DNA of 57,688 nucleotides, the filler included, from Bipalium vagum (lineage: Eukaryota), in assembly GCA_037834085.1 (NCBI GenBank). It is 3 parts of 3 records of this genome, joined end to end, with 100 filler letters (N's around TTAATTAATTAA, not from the genome) between each part and the next. Parts side by side here need not be neighbours in the genome. Positions count along the whole stretch, not along the records: positions 1 to 19,093 come from JBBMKC010010607.1; positions 19,194 to 38,010 come from JBBMKC010018202.1; 1 more part is not named here. One strand, given 5' to 3'. The notes under the pieces are model-generated. The model saw only the letters and a list, made by a program, of their open reading frames with translations, was not told where the DNA came from and searched no databases. The translations under genes and the position numbers were made by a program. How positions within the stretch are numbered: position 1 is the stretch's first letter; every line of letters starts with the position of its first letter. Positions 12,201 to 25,491 of this stretch are shown here, in pieces.

Positions 12201-12824
12201 TCACATCGGTTTTTTGGAGGGCCTCTGACCTAGGTTTTGTCGACCGTCATCAATTTGTAATGAGCGCAGGCTGCACGGCGACGTTGGCGAGTCCGGTGTG
12301 CAGAATTCTGAAACGAACAAAACAGAAAACTCCATTGCACGAGCTTAAATCGGCCGAGACACACAAACAAACCAGAAAAACGTACCGATCTCCTGACTGT
12401 CGGTGGTGTTGCCGGAATTAGAAAACGTCCTACCGACTTCTCCGATGGAAACATCGACTCGGCCTGGCTTCATTGTCGGTTCACTGTCGCCATTCATTCT
12501 GGCGGGATTCTTTTTTTAAGGTCGAGTCAAAGAAAGAGGAAGACAAACGTTAATCGACCATTCATCAACACTACAATCTTTCACTTACCACGACCACCAC
12601 GGTTCCACTGCCACCGCCACCTCCGGTAGGACCGGGACCAACACCAGTGGACGTCGTTGCTGTCGTCGTGGCGGTGCTCGGTCGATTTTGTTGGCTGTTT
12701 GCTTTACGAGACTCATAAGTGATGGCGGTGAGCATGGGGCTGTTTGTGTTCTGCTGTTGAGAATTGATGCCCGGCACGAAGGAGTACGACGACGAAGACT
12801 TGTTGCCAACTTTGTTGTTTATGT
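12201..12824 (-). CDS. 3' exons (12824-12589, 12509-12386, 12307-12201) of an unidentified gene with a low-complexity S/T/G-rich C-terminus
   Basis: GC-rich island. Strong splice sites (ctgcag/, /gtaagt, aaag/, /gtacgt, tttcag/) with phases 1-0-1 that join into one frame: INNKVGNKSSSSYSF...GGGGGSGTVVVV-NPARMNGD...DSQEI-EFCTPDSPTSPCSLRSLQIDDGRQNLGQRPSKKPM*. Confidence 0.7.
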
Positions 12825-13217
12825 CTGCAGAAATATAAAATCAATCCGAATGGAAAGTATAGGAAATGTCAAAAACAAAAATAAAATGAAAAAAGCACGC
12901 AACATGTGATTTGAAAATCACTTAAATAATCATTAAAGTTATTATTGACATTGAAATTTTATAATTTCTCGTTAAAATCAATAAAAGATCAATATTAGTT
13001 TTGATTAGTAACATCGTATTTTTTGAATTCCTCAGAAAGAAATTGTTATTGGAAAATAGTTACTTTAGAAAAAAGATTGACGATATCGTCCATTGGTACA
13101 GTCACGTGAAAATATCCCACAGCCGAAATGAAGTAGTATTGATTTTTAACCTGGCCCTCCTTCTTCTATGTATATGACACTTTACGTTAATAATTAATGA
13201 TTTCAGATCAAATCAAC

Positions 13218-13585
13218 TACAGTGCAACTTCTATTTTGGACCAATTTCTGAAATGGACCACTTCTATAATCGGACCAAACTCAATATTTGAACTTATCAT
13301 ATTTCTCGATATTTTCATATAAAAAAAAATCCTTGGTCCAAAAATTTCAATAATTTTTTGTTATTAATTATTATTATTAATTAAGGATTATTTAATTCAA
13401 ACACGTTGACATATATTATTATTTATTGGACTTATTGTTGTTTTTTTAATTTCTATTATTACATCCATAAGTTCATATAAAACATGTTTTATAGCCTTTT
13501 TATGTCTTAACTTCTAACATTGGACTAACTTCTATTTTTGGACCACTTTTGAAATTTCGTGGTCCAAAATAGAAGTTGCACTCTA
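13218..13585. mobile_element. MITE (Tc1/pogo-type termini) with subterminal repeats
   Basis: TA-flanked 24-bp TIR cagtgcaacttctattttggacca / tggtccaaaatagaagttgcactc. Extra internal copies of acttctat..ggacca at about 13260 and 13528. Confidence 0.9.
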
Positions 13586-16500
13586 TTGAATTTATCGATT
13601 TTTAATATTTAAAGTGACTTTCCAGGAGAAATACATTTGGAAATGGATTTTAAATGCAAATATTCTAGGACTTCGTCTTCCCACACCAAGCCAATATTTT
13701 TTATCAATTATCAATGAAACACACAATTTCCTTTCCATATGCCACAAAGCTAATATTAATGACACAAATTAAACAGAAAATAAATCAATTAGAAAACTGA
13801 TTATTCTTGTTTTGTTGAAACATCATCACTTTTCAATCAATCAAATGCGTTTCTAGACCTGTCGTCAGCTTAACAAAATCTAATCATTTAATCTGCTGCC
13901 TAGTAACTGTCAATTTTATGACGATAGGTGGCTTCGAAATTGTGACGCGCGCCAAGAGCAAAAAGAAAAAAATGAGACGATCTTATCGGATTCTGAAAGC
14001 AGGAGAGAAAGAGAATTCTTAACTCAACCAGAAATAAGATCAAAATAGTTCAGTTGGTTCCAAGCTCAACGGTCTGGTGATAGGATTATGATCGGTGAAA
14101 TAGAAACTTGGTAGGGTGAGAGAGCTTTGTATAAGTTTTCAATAAAAAGAAATACTTATTAATTATGATACAGGGAAATGTAAGAATTCGATTTTTAAGA
14201 AAATTTTCCACAGCTGTGACTTTTACATTGAATTTTGTAACTTAAGCATAATAAAGACCGTCGTCCTCTGTTAGCTCAATATTATTCAATTAATGTTTTC
14301 ATTTTTCAATAAATTAATTGATTTAATAACTTCAACTTTTAAAAATAGTGCTTTCTTCTTTCTCATTCTCTCTCAAAAACTTAATTTGACAAAATATCAA
14401 TATTTTTTAATTTAGATAGCCTCTGATAATTTTCTGCTTATCTTTCTGATAAATTGGCAAACATCGATCTAATCTCTGCATTTTGTAAAAGCTTTTATTT
14501 TATTTTCTTGATTTAATATTCTATATCGATTTTCTTTAGTGCTGTAGAGATTTCTGTTCAACCTTACACATAGAGGAATAGAATTTTAATAATAATAATT
14601 AACAATAATTATTCGCATCTAATTTTTTCTAAGTTAATTTATCATTCATTAATCTTTTTTTGAATTATCTTTATTAATTCTTTAATTTCACAGTGCTCGT
14701 TTCTTTTTATTAACAATCTCTCGTTTAAAATGATTTTAATTTTAATCGGTCGACTTATTTTTTATATATCCAACGATTCTTTGAAATTTAATATAATTTT
14801 TAAACTGTTATCACTCTTTCGGAATTTGATCAACAATTTTTTCTTAGTAAAATCTTTTGCATCAATTTTTTTTCGTAACAGTTCAAGTTAATATCATAAT
14901 CATTTAATTATTAATTCAAAATTGGAATCGGTACTTGTCTCCCAGTTTTTCTATTGATATAATCAGGTAAGAATTGATGTTTTCTTCTGTTTAATGATAT
15001 TTGTCAATCATGGAATATTTTGTACTGAAATATTAACTGTTAAGTCTCACAGAATTCTATCTTATAGTGTCTTATGCCAGAAGATTTTTTTTGTTCTGAT
15101 AGATATTATTTGAGACAAAATTATGGATTTATAAAATTTACTGTACAAGCAATTGACTTCGATATATTAGTATGGCCAAATAAATAAATTTCTCTCACCT
15201 TATCACATCAATAATCTTATAATAACATTTTTCTGTGTCAAAGTTTGAAGAAAGTCAGATTAATTCTTATTCTTACTATTATTTTTTGTTGCTAGTAAAA
15301 CAATAATATTTATTATTGAAAAAAAAGAAATTTTATTCAAGTGTAAGGTTATGTTCAATAATTAATCAAAATTTTCTTAAACACTTTTGTCAAATTAAGT
15401 CGGTTGGGAAATTTTTAAATCAATATTTATTATTTTCTTTACATTAATCAAATTCTAAGTCTGAAAAGTTCCAATCAATATATAATCATGAAAAAACTTA
15501 TTTTAAAAATATCAATATTGATTAATTGAAAAATTCACATTTACAGTAATATCTCAAATCATAATTGACAATTTATTACATAAGCCTACCACATATTCTT
15601 GCTTTATAAATAATGTTAGTATATTTAAAAATATTGACTTTATCTGATTAATTAATATTGTTTTAACACATTGTAAAATTTAATCGAATATAAAATAACA
15701 GATATAAAGGAAAAATTTATTTTCCTCGTTAATTATTGTTTTAAACAGACAATTGTTAAAAACATCAAGATCGAATATCGATCTCAAAGAGATTTGTCAA
15801 ATAAATCAAAGTTATTAGGCTGTCCAAAATTTATAGTAACAAAGATATCATTATAATTTTAAATTTTGTGAGGCTGTAAGAATAATCAATAAAATCGTTG
15901 ATCTGATTTTCAAAAGATGAAGAGAAAATAAGAAAACTTAAGTGGAAATGAAATCGGATATCATTTGCGGTCGTTTGCAGAAGATGATCGAATAAAAAAA
16001 CAGATCAAAATAGTTAAAACGCGATTTCAAGAACGGTACAGGATAGAAATTAATAAAAATCGTAACACTCAGCCTCTATCAACTATCATTGATCAAACAT
16101 AATTGAGAAAGATCCTTAGATAAATATCACCTTTAATCTTTACCAATGAGATAAATGATCACAAGCTGATTATCTCTCGTGGGTCTAAAATCAGGTATGT
16201 CATAAAGAAATAGTTTTCTTTTCAGAGTCAATAAAGGCGGAAATATTGCTAAGTTTTGAGAAGCATGCAGTGCAGTCTATTGAAAATTTGGAAAAAATAA
16301 AAAAAATTGTCTTCAAATTATCAGTTGCTGTATCGACCAAAGAAATCAATGAGAATTTTTCCTTTTTCAGAAATTGATGATAGTTAAGATGGAAGGGATT
16401 ACTTTAAATGGGAAGAGATTGTACATTTCAATTATCAATAGAGAAAAAATAATCGTTGGTTCTTTTATTCAAAAATGTAATTACTATCGATCGATGATGG

Positions 16501-19093
16501 AGATAGAATGAAACAAATCTGAAGTCATATTTGAATTAGCTCAGTATCAAGTCGACGTCCTCTTTATTTTTTTATAAACCTTGTTCAAAATAAGAATAAA
16601 TTCAAATTCCATTGTGTCACTATAGAAATGCAATTCAAACATTTTTCTTTCCAGATAAGTTTTCTAGACTTTTTTCTTCAAACTTATTTCACTCCCAGAA
16701 TCTTACTGTCTGGTTTTTTGGATATCGATTTCCGTTTTTGGACTTCATATGTGGGAAATCACAATAGATTTTTGGTCGACGAAAGGCTGTCACTAGTATA
16801 AAAAATTATTGATTTCAGCCAATCAGATCAGATTGTTCAGTCTCATCAAAACCACGATTTTTTTCTTCAAAGTTCGAAATTAAATGCATTCTAAAAGTAC
16901 TTGTTACGGTACATTTTGGAATTGATACGTAGAAATGCGCTTTTAGCAATTTACGTTCTGAATAAAATAGGTAAGTATATTTCTATTTAATTCTCAAACA
17001 ACAAAAAAATGTCAACGTGAAAGACTAACTAATAGAAATTGAGAGGAAAAAGTTTTTCCCGGAGAAAATGAAACATTCATACTTAAGAATTCAATCAAAT
17101 AAAGCCCTCCGTATAGAGATATACTGTGGGTCCTAGGGTTTATTTCCCGCCAAAATGATAAGTTTTCTTGCATGTTTCCTTCTTATTTCTCTGGACTAAA
17201 GAAATGTTTGAATCGATAATGCAATGACAAATAATAAATTAGCCAGCCATTTGAAATTGTTGATTGTACCTGACGAAAATATCCATCGAAATAACTTCAA
17301 AGGTTATGTACAGAATGTCAGAAAAAAGTGGAACCAATTTATTTTTATAAAAACTGACAATTATACCGAAATAAAAAGTTCGAAGTTCCAATTTTCTGAC
17401 ATTTTTACCACTTCCCGTCATTTCTGGATGCTACAGATTTGTGTTTTGCAGAAATCGAAATAAGATAGGTAAATGGAGTTATTGATGTTTGACAGTGTAG
17501 AATACAGATTCCGATAAAACCCTTTAGTGAGAAGTCGCAATGTCCCGAAAAGTGTTCTCTCATTTTGTGAGTGTATGTGAAAATTCATTATTATCACATT
17601 GTGAAAAATAGTAATCAATTCGCTCTGTGATTGACAAATTCTTGCCGAGTCAGAGCTGTGATTGTTCACTTGGAATTTCACCGAGTTATTATTGTAAAGT
17701 TCAATATTGGGAAATATTGTTCAGTTGAGCAGTGAAAATGAAAGACACCAAGCACATTCTCCTTTGGTTTTTCTCATTCAATACAAGGTACAGTCAGAAC
17801 GTCCCTTGTGGTGACATAATTTCGCCAGACTGTTACAGTTGCTAATGGTTTTTGTGTCCCAAAAAGGTTATTTTTAAAATTGTCACAATCAGTAAAGAAA
17901 TTAAATTTCAGATCACGCCATAAAACTGAAATCTATTTTATTAGATTTTTATTTTAAAAAACCATAGTTACGGAAATCGAATCTAAAACACTTGAATAAT
18001 TATCGAATTTTAATCAAAGTCAATGTTTTTCACCTGAAAAATTCATTGGATTTATCACATTTATTGATTATCGTTATTGAGATGTTTTATCAAGAAAATA
18101 AGATATTACAAACCCCGGTAATTTTTCATATTTTATTTGAAATTTTGCAACTTTTAGAAAATAAATAGTACGATTCCAAAATCAATGTTTTCAATAATCA
18201 ACTTTTATAAATCGATGTCTAAAATATACAAGATGATGACGGGGTTCTGAAATATTCTCAGTATTCTCCAGATTCCTCTCAGATTTTTTATTGATCAAAT
18301 ATCGACCATTATTTTGAAATGTGACTCAAAAGTATAGGAAAAGTATAAGTAGGATGTAAATATACAAGTCCATATTATTGATTTTTTGTAAAACGGGTTT
18401 TTCAAAATAAATAAATCTAAAAACTTTCAGAAAATAATGCTTAAACTCATACAAATTCCAATCAATAGTTATCGAATATTTTTGTTGAAATCAGAACAAA
18501 TCGATAATATAAATTGAGCGATGTGAGGATCCTTCAAAGTAATTATGCACTGTTTTGGCGCATACTTGAATATTAAACTTTTCTTTTAGTCTTAATCTTA
18601 ACGCTTCACGAGTTACTTTAGAGTCTATGTCAATTCAAGACTTAATTGTATTAAGTTTCTGTGTTTAATGGTGTCTTTCTTTCACCAACTTTATTAAAAG
18701 ATATATACAATAACTATTTACAATATACAATTTAAGATATATACGATCCTCTTTTAAATAAATTTTCAAAACGGAATAAACCTTTGATAAATTAACATTC
18801 AATATATCTGCTATTTATTTTTTCGAATACCCTTTATTATATGCATCAGAAATTCGTTTTCGTATATCATTCCTAAGGATGTTACATACAACATTTAAAA
18901 ATAATAATTATGTGGAGACTACGACCAAGTACAAAAGCTTCGACCGCGACAACAGCGACAACTTCAAAAACAAATCCCTTTAATAAACAATAAACAATAT
19001 TGTGACCATCCATGAGTTCTACCTTTATGATCATCCGTGAATGCTGTGTATTTAAAACTTTATTGAAAAATGTGCATGTGTAATTGAATATAT

Positions 19094-19193
19094 NNNNNNN
19101 NNNNNNNNNNNNNNNNNNNNNNNNNNNNNNNNNNNNNTTAATTAATTAANNNNNNNNNNNNNNNNNNNNNNNNNNNNNNNNNNNNNNNNNNNN
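19094..19193. other. Artificial contig spacer N44-TTAATTAATTAA-N44
   Basis: Exactly 100 bp, six-frame-stop palindrome in the centre, identical to 38011-38110. Confidence 0.97.
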
Positions 19194-19195
19194 AT

Positions 19196-19197
<2 letters not shown>

Positions 19198-19261
<64 letters not shown>

Positions 19262-19270
19262 TAATAATAA
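19198..19270. repeat. (TAA)n microsatellite at contig edge
   Basis: Direct read of a near-perfect TAA run. Confidence 0.95.
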
Positions 19271-19390
19271 AAAGACTGATCAATATTGATGATCATGATA
19301 ATTTGAAATGTTCTTTTATGCAATGATTTCATTTTTGTGTTCGTGGGTGTCTTTTTCGTTGTGTATTTCACTTCGTGTGTGTCGCTTCAG

Positions 19391-22300
19391 CACCACCGCC
19401 GCCAACGCTCGTGACAAGAGCACCGAGGCCTTTGCAGCAATTCTCGACAAGCTGCAGTCAGCGCCAGAAGAAACGAGCACGGAGTATTTCGTTGGGGGCC
19501 TAGACCTCGTCATCCAAATGTTTTCCGACACCGATGATGCCGCGAGGCTGGCGCTGCTCCAACGGGACCTGGTGGACGGCCGAGGCCTCTTCGACGAAAA
19601 ATCACAGGTAACTTTTCGACCTCGCTGTTTTTCTCTTTCCCTCTCTGTCTGTCTTTTTGTCTTTTTCTCTTATTTCCTTCTTTCCTTTTATTCTGTTTTC
19701 AACTTCTTTATATTATCACACATAGTCTCCTTTCTATCTTACTGTCTTTCTCTTCCTCCTGTTCTCTCTCTTTATATCTTTTTTTCCTCTTTGCTTTTTT
19801 CATTTCTTTCTCACCCCTCTCTCTTTCTGCTCCTATTTTGTCTTGTCTTTTATTGTTGTTCTCTTATCTCAGATTCTCGTCAGACTGGTCCACGTTCTGC
19901 TTAAGACCAACGAATCCATCTCAGACATTGAATGGACTCTCTTTTCGCTTTGGTTGCAGCTGCTCAAAATCATAACGTCGGTAAATGGCGGCTCCGCTGA
20001 CGACAAGGTCCAACAGTTCATTTCCACCGATTGCCTTTTCCACGTAAATATGTTTTCTCTTTGTTTTTCGCTTGTTATTTTATCCATTCTATTTGTATCG
20101 ATTTTCTCTTCTCCTTCCCTGTAGAACAAGACATTCGTTGCGCTGATCGAGTTTTGCGGTCGGTCCACGAAATCGATTCCCTTCTCTCTGTTGAGTCCAA
20201 TTGTCTTTCTTTTGTTCCGCCTCTCTAATTTGGAATTGGGTGTCCCGACGATCTTCGACAAATTCACCCTACACGCCGTATTGTCCATAACGTTGGCCTC
20301 GCTCAATCTCGACCACTCACATCAGATCACCACGATCGGCCTGGCGCTTCTCTGCAATTTTGTTCGATCTCAACGGTTCAAGGTGACTTATTATCGATTT
20401 TATTATGATAATAGATATTACGAGAATAACAAATAATAATTGATAATAATCAATAATTATTGTAGGCTTCTTACTTATGCTTTCCATTAACCTCATTTCC
20501 TTTGCGTAAACTTTTTTTTAAGATCGCTATGTCAAAAGACGACGTCCTCGCTGCCAACGCTATCGACTGTCTTTACGGCACTTTCGTGGCCAGTGTCAGA
20601 GAGAATTCACTGGACGATCTCTGTGTTGTGATGGATATTGTGGAAATGATGTCGGAAAACAGTGCCCTCCGGTCGCGGCTGATGAAGCACAACGGATTCC
20701 TGGAAGAGTGCGTGGCCACGGTCGAGTGCCGTCTCGCCATCTACGATGACGAAAGGTTCTCTTTTGTCTGACTGTGTGTGTGACCGTTACCACCCTCTCC
20801 CTATCAGGCACTGTAAGATGCTAATGCAACTATTCTCGTTGATTCACAACCTGATGGTGCGGTCAAAGACAAGTCCCGCTGGAGACAGGTTGAAGGCTCT
20901 GTGTGAGTGCATTGTCACGGCTGCTTCTCATTTGCTGTCGCTCAATCCCGATCCAGAAATGCGCTCCGTTCTCATTCAGGTGCTCTCCCAGATGATTGTC
21001 GTTCTCCCCGAGGACAAGGTAACGCTTCTCTATTTTTTATCTTTCTCTATCTCATATCCACTCATCGTGATCGTATCACGCAATACAAAGCAGCTGTCCT
21101 TTGAAGAAATAATGTCGGAAGTGTTGTAAAAAAATAATTGAAAAAACCTTTCTCTTATCCTTCGATTTTTATCCATTTGTCTTCATCTCTTGTTCTTTCT
21201 CACCTCTCTCTCTTTTCTCCTGTTTCTTTCTTTGAACATGTTTTCTCTCTCCCCTTCCACTTTTCCTTTTCTCTTTATTTATCTTCTCTTCTGTTTTTCT
21301 GTCTCCCTTTTTTCTTTCTGCCTTTTTCTTCATCACTTACTCTTCATTTTTCTGTTTTTCTCTTATATCTTTGTTTCTAAATTATTAGTCTCCTTTTTTC
21401 CATTCTATTTTCCTCCAATCTTCATTGACTTTTTTTCCTTTCACTTTTTGAACTGGTTTCTTTTACTTAGCTCAAATCCTGGTGCGAAATCCGCTTGTCT
21501 GGAGATTCAGGTGATCATGGTGACGTCAGTCTGTGTCGCTCTCTGTCGCGCCGTCAGTCCTCGCTCACAGACTCTGATTATCTGGACAAGGTGTGCAAGC
21601 CCCTCCAAATATGCATCGCCGTCCTTGACACCCGGGATCATCCTTTGCTACCGCATGCCATCAAAATCCTGACCCTGGCTTCCCGAGTTAACCAGGCCGT
21701 CCGATTTCTCTGCTGCGATGTCCGTGACAGAGTTCTCAAGCTCCAGTCCCTCCTTTACAAAGACAAACAAAGTGAGAAGGCTGTTTTTAATTTTTCCAAT
21801 AATTTCTTTCTCGACCTTCTCACCCGACTGCCTTTTCAAACTATTTGACATCATTATAATCATCATCCAATAAAATTCAAAGATTTCTGTTTCTGAGATA
21901 ATAATACCTCACGAAAGAGATCAATTTTCATCTCTTTTTGTACTTCGTCTCTTGTCTCTCTAATCTTATGTTTTTCTCTTATTTATTTTTGTTACAAGTT
22001 TATACTTAATATTTATTATTATTTGAATTTTTTATTTTAATATTTATTATATTATTATGTTTATTATTAGTAGTATTTGTAATTATTTTTGTAATGATTA
22101 TTATTTTTATTTGGCATTTTCCTATCGCTCCTCTTCCTTTGCTTCTGGGACGGATCGTGTTCTCTCATGTTTACTGTTAAATGGTTTTCGTTTCACAACT
22201 CGCACATCATTCTGACACGTGACAGAACTGGACGAAGTGCTGTCAGGCAACATTTGCCTCCTCTTTATCAATTGTGTCCATGACACGCCACTAGCGGAAC

Positions 22301-22488
22301 ATTTAGCGGACTCGGACATCATCAAGGACTTGCTGCGAATTTGCGCCGACGCTACAAAGAACGACTGTAGGCGAAACGCAGCCATTTTCGCGGGCAACTT
22401 GGCCCAATCGAATCATTTGCACAGAAACGAGCTTTCCAGACTCAACGGGTTCAGCATTATTTCCAAATTTTCCAATTGGTCCAAGTAA
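19391..22488 (+). CDS. TTC12: TTC12-like ARM-repeat protein, 5'-partial (TPR exons absent from this contig); exons 19391-19607, 19873-20043, 20125-20382, 20466-20755, 20808-21018, 21471-21771, 22226-22488
   Basis: Seven GT-AG exons with matching phases. EYFVGGLDLV and the C-terminus DEVLSGNICLLFINC..DIIKDLLRIC..RRNAAIFAGNLAQSNHLHRNELSRLNGFSII align by recall with TTC12 (DEVLVGNAALCLGNC..NAGIALGKLC..LRKLHGLEIL). A small missing exon cannot be excluded. Confidence 0.82.
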
Positions 22489-24249
22489 TGATGATAAAAA
22501 ATCGATAATACATGATATGTGATTTCCGTTTTCGTTTTATCTTTTATTTCTTTTCTCATCGACTCGTCACCACTTTCCGATTCACTCGGTCGAATATTTT
22601 AAAAATAGCGTACAATAGAAAATAATGTTTATTTCACAACTAAAATGTCTTGATCATGGATCATTTGTTTCTACTGAGGCTGATTTTTCAAACTCTCAAC
22701 TTTAAAATGTAATAATAACCACTGGATCTCAATCTCGGCTTACTCTCAAAACTAAATATATATTTATATAATATATAATAATGTAATGTAAATAAATTTT
22801 TCAAATCAATGACCAAAGTCAATCTTCAGTTGCCAAGATAAAATGTAACTATAACCTTTATTAAACAAGTTAGCTACAAAAAATTATGTACATTATTAAT
22901 TGGACTTCAAACAAAAATGGTCTTAATAGCTTTAATACTATTACTCAATGGTTGTCAATGAGGTCACTAGAATGAGGTCAACTAGTAAGAATTAAGTCTA
23001 CAGGAAATGACGGCGTTATTTAGCAATCAGGTATAACATGAACAATCATTCGAGTTGAATCAATTGTTGACAGGATGAACACAATTATCAGAAACAAGTG
23101 TTTCATAATTTAAAATGCGAATCTTAAAGGAAAATGAAATAATATATAAATATAATTTAGTTGGATTTTGTTTTTCTACAAAGGTGAAAATATCAATGTT
23201 GTTTAGCTACAATGAAAACGTCGTAGTATTGATTATTTAGGTCTTGGTGGTGTAATGATGGATATTACTTGGTAAACTTGAGGGCATGAAAAATACATAT
23301 TAGTTGAAAATAAGCTTCCTTATTTAATTAGAATTAATTTGCAAGTACCTGAAATCTAAGGCACTGAGTTACGTAAATTAATTATCCAAACGCATGAGGT
23401 TAGAAAATCTTAAATAGCAATAGAAACAAGCCTTGGTAAGAAGCCGCTTGTCAAGGCCAAATTAGAAATGTGATAAATAAAAATTATCTGAGTTATTTGT
23501 TTGAGAATCACGACCTGGTGTCGATGCATCATACCATCTCAGGAATAGCTCAAGTCTTCAATGAAAATGTGAAAGTTACGATTTAAAACCCCCGGTAATA
23601 AGTCGGTCTTTATGGTTGCAGAATCGTGTAAAAGTGAATATTAAAATAAACAAATACGATACTCGGAAATTTTTTACCATATTTAAAAAACTCTAAAATA
23701 GGGAGACCCTGCCAAAATTTGGTTGTTGTTAAAGAACTTAAAGGACCGAGTTCGGCTTTCATCCTAGTCATAGTCCTGCAAATCATTATATAGTTATATC
23801 ATAGAATGTACGCATTAAAATCTTATTTTCATATAATTTTTTATTAGCAGTAATATTAATATTCATCTTTAATTAATTGGCAACCACGAGGACGAGAATT
23901 TATGCAAATTGTCAGTTTTATTGAAAAAACAGGAAAAATTCAACTAGGTAAAAGTTTTTGAAACCGAAAATAAAACTGGGAACGATTTGTTTTAATTGGT
24001 CAAATAAAAACAGGGCAGAAGAGCTAAACCGACAAAACTCACACCAAAGAACAGAGAGTTTTAATATTTGTGAAAGCATAACATTATCAACTAAATAATA
24101 GAAGTCACAGAAACTTTAGACGACCAATTCGTCAACAAGATGAGCAAGCCATCTCAAGGGAAAATCTCAAGTTGCCAATATCTCCTTTGGACCGATTTAT
24201 CATTTTATTTTGCACCAAAAGTTCCTCTGTTTTTCTAGTCGGATAATTA

Positions 24250-25450
24250 TAACGGCCAAAGATCGGTTTGAAAACACCAAAAGTTTTCACAATTGAACGG
24301 GCACTTTTTTAATAAATTCAAATTATTTGCAATTGTTGTTCATTTTTAAATCGATAAAAGTCAACAATTCAGGTTTAGCTGACCAGAAATTCTCTTCTAA
24401 TGAAAGCCACAATTTGTCAACATTTTGCATTTATTCCGAAGAACTTGTTTATTGAGCCATGTGAAAAACCGATGTCGTTTGCATTTAGATCTGGAGACAG
24501 TGTTGGCTGGTTAATATTGGTTATCCTGGAATAAGACTATCTCCGAATTCATTGAAGCGTTCAACATTATTCTTTCCAATATGTGGCCGAGCATTGTCCA
24601 TTTGCACAGTCACGCTCTGACACGACTGCATTTTGTTAAAATTCATAGACATAACTTCAAAGGTCATCAAGTCATAAAAAACTATCTGTGGTTATTGTGC
24701 AATTAATTCTGTATGATCTGGTGACTTTGGTAACCATTCCATTATTTCTGGTATTTGTTGACTTTGAAGGTCTTCTACATACTGTTTGCAAATTTTGCTG
24801 GTATCAAATTTTGCTGCATCAAAACAAATAGAATCGAAAATAATCTTTCGCCAGACGGTAATACTTGACCTTCAAAAATGTCTTTACAAATGTCTTTCTT
24901 CATTATTCCTTCAATTCCATTTATAAACCCAACATATTCTCCACCAAAGCATCCCTAAACAATGACAGAACCTCCTCTATGTTTTATAGTTGGCACCATT
25001 TTCTAGTCTGAATATCTTTTTCCCGAATATCTCGAACAAAAAACGTCGTTTTGAACCAAAAAGTTTGAACTTGGATTCATCTGTCCAAAGCACGTTTTTC
25101 CATCGTTCAATTGATCATTGTTCGTGTTTTAGTTTAGTCTTTCTATCTTGTTAAATGGTTTTAATAACGATTTACGAGCCGCAACAGGTCCACGTAAGCC
25201 AACTTGCTTCAGAGCTCTCTTGATGGTCGAAGTGTCAATTTTAATTTCGTTGAATTGATTGTACACAGATCTAAGTTTTTCGGCAGTGTATCTATCATTG
25301 TTTCGTTGTAATTTCCTTTGCTCACGACATCTTGAAATTGTAATTTTTTAGAAATCTGGACTTGTGAACACCTGTCTTCGTGATAAACAAGAATTATTTC
25401 TCTTTCACTAATGCTTTATTCATTTCTTTGACCCACCATTTTTTGCACGT
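24250..25450 (-). mobile_element. Degenerate Tc1 (DD34E-type) transposase relic
   Basis: Minus-strand WKNVLWTDESKFKLFGSKRRFFVR, GLRGPVAARKSLL, IMEWLPKSPD. Many stops and frameshifts; boundaries approximate. Confidence 0.8.
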
Positions 25451-25491
25451 CTAGGTTACGAAAAATCATTTACGAAAATATTTTTTAACAA

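Noticed and set aside
12080-12909. Plus-strand ORFs 12080-12421 and 12688-12909
   Set aside because: Antisense shadows of the GC-rich minus-strand exons; splice signals support the minus strand.
14260-16200. Lys/Ile-rich broken frames, possibly PLE N-terminal relics
   Set aside because: No diagnostic motif recoverable, so they cannot be called.
19138-19149. TTAATTAATTAA palindrome as a biological site
   Set aside because: It is centred in a fixed N44 spacer and repeated identically at 38055, so it is an assembly linker.
19608-19872. Hydrophobic F/L/S-rich ORF tails here and at 21138-21470 as membrane proteins
   Set aside because: They are translations of CT-rich introns of TTC12.
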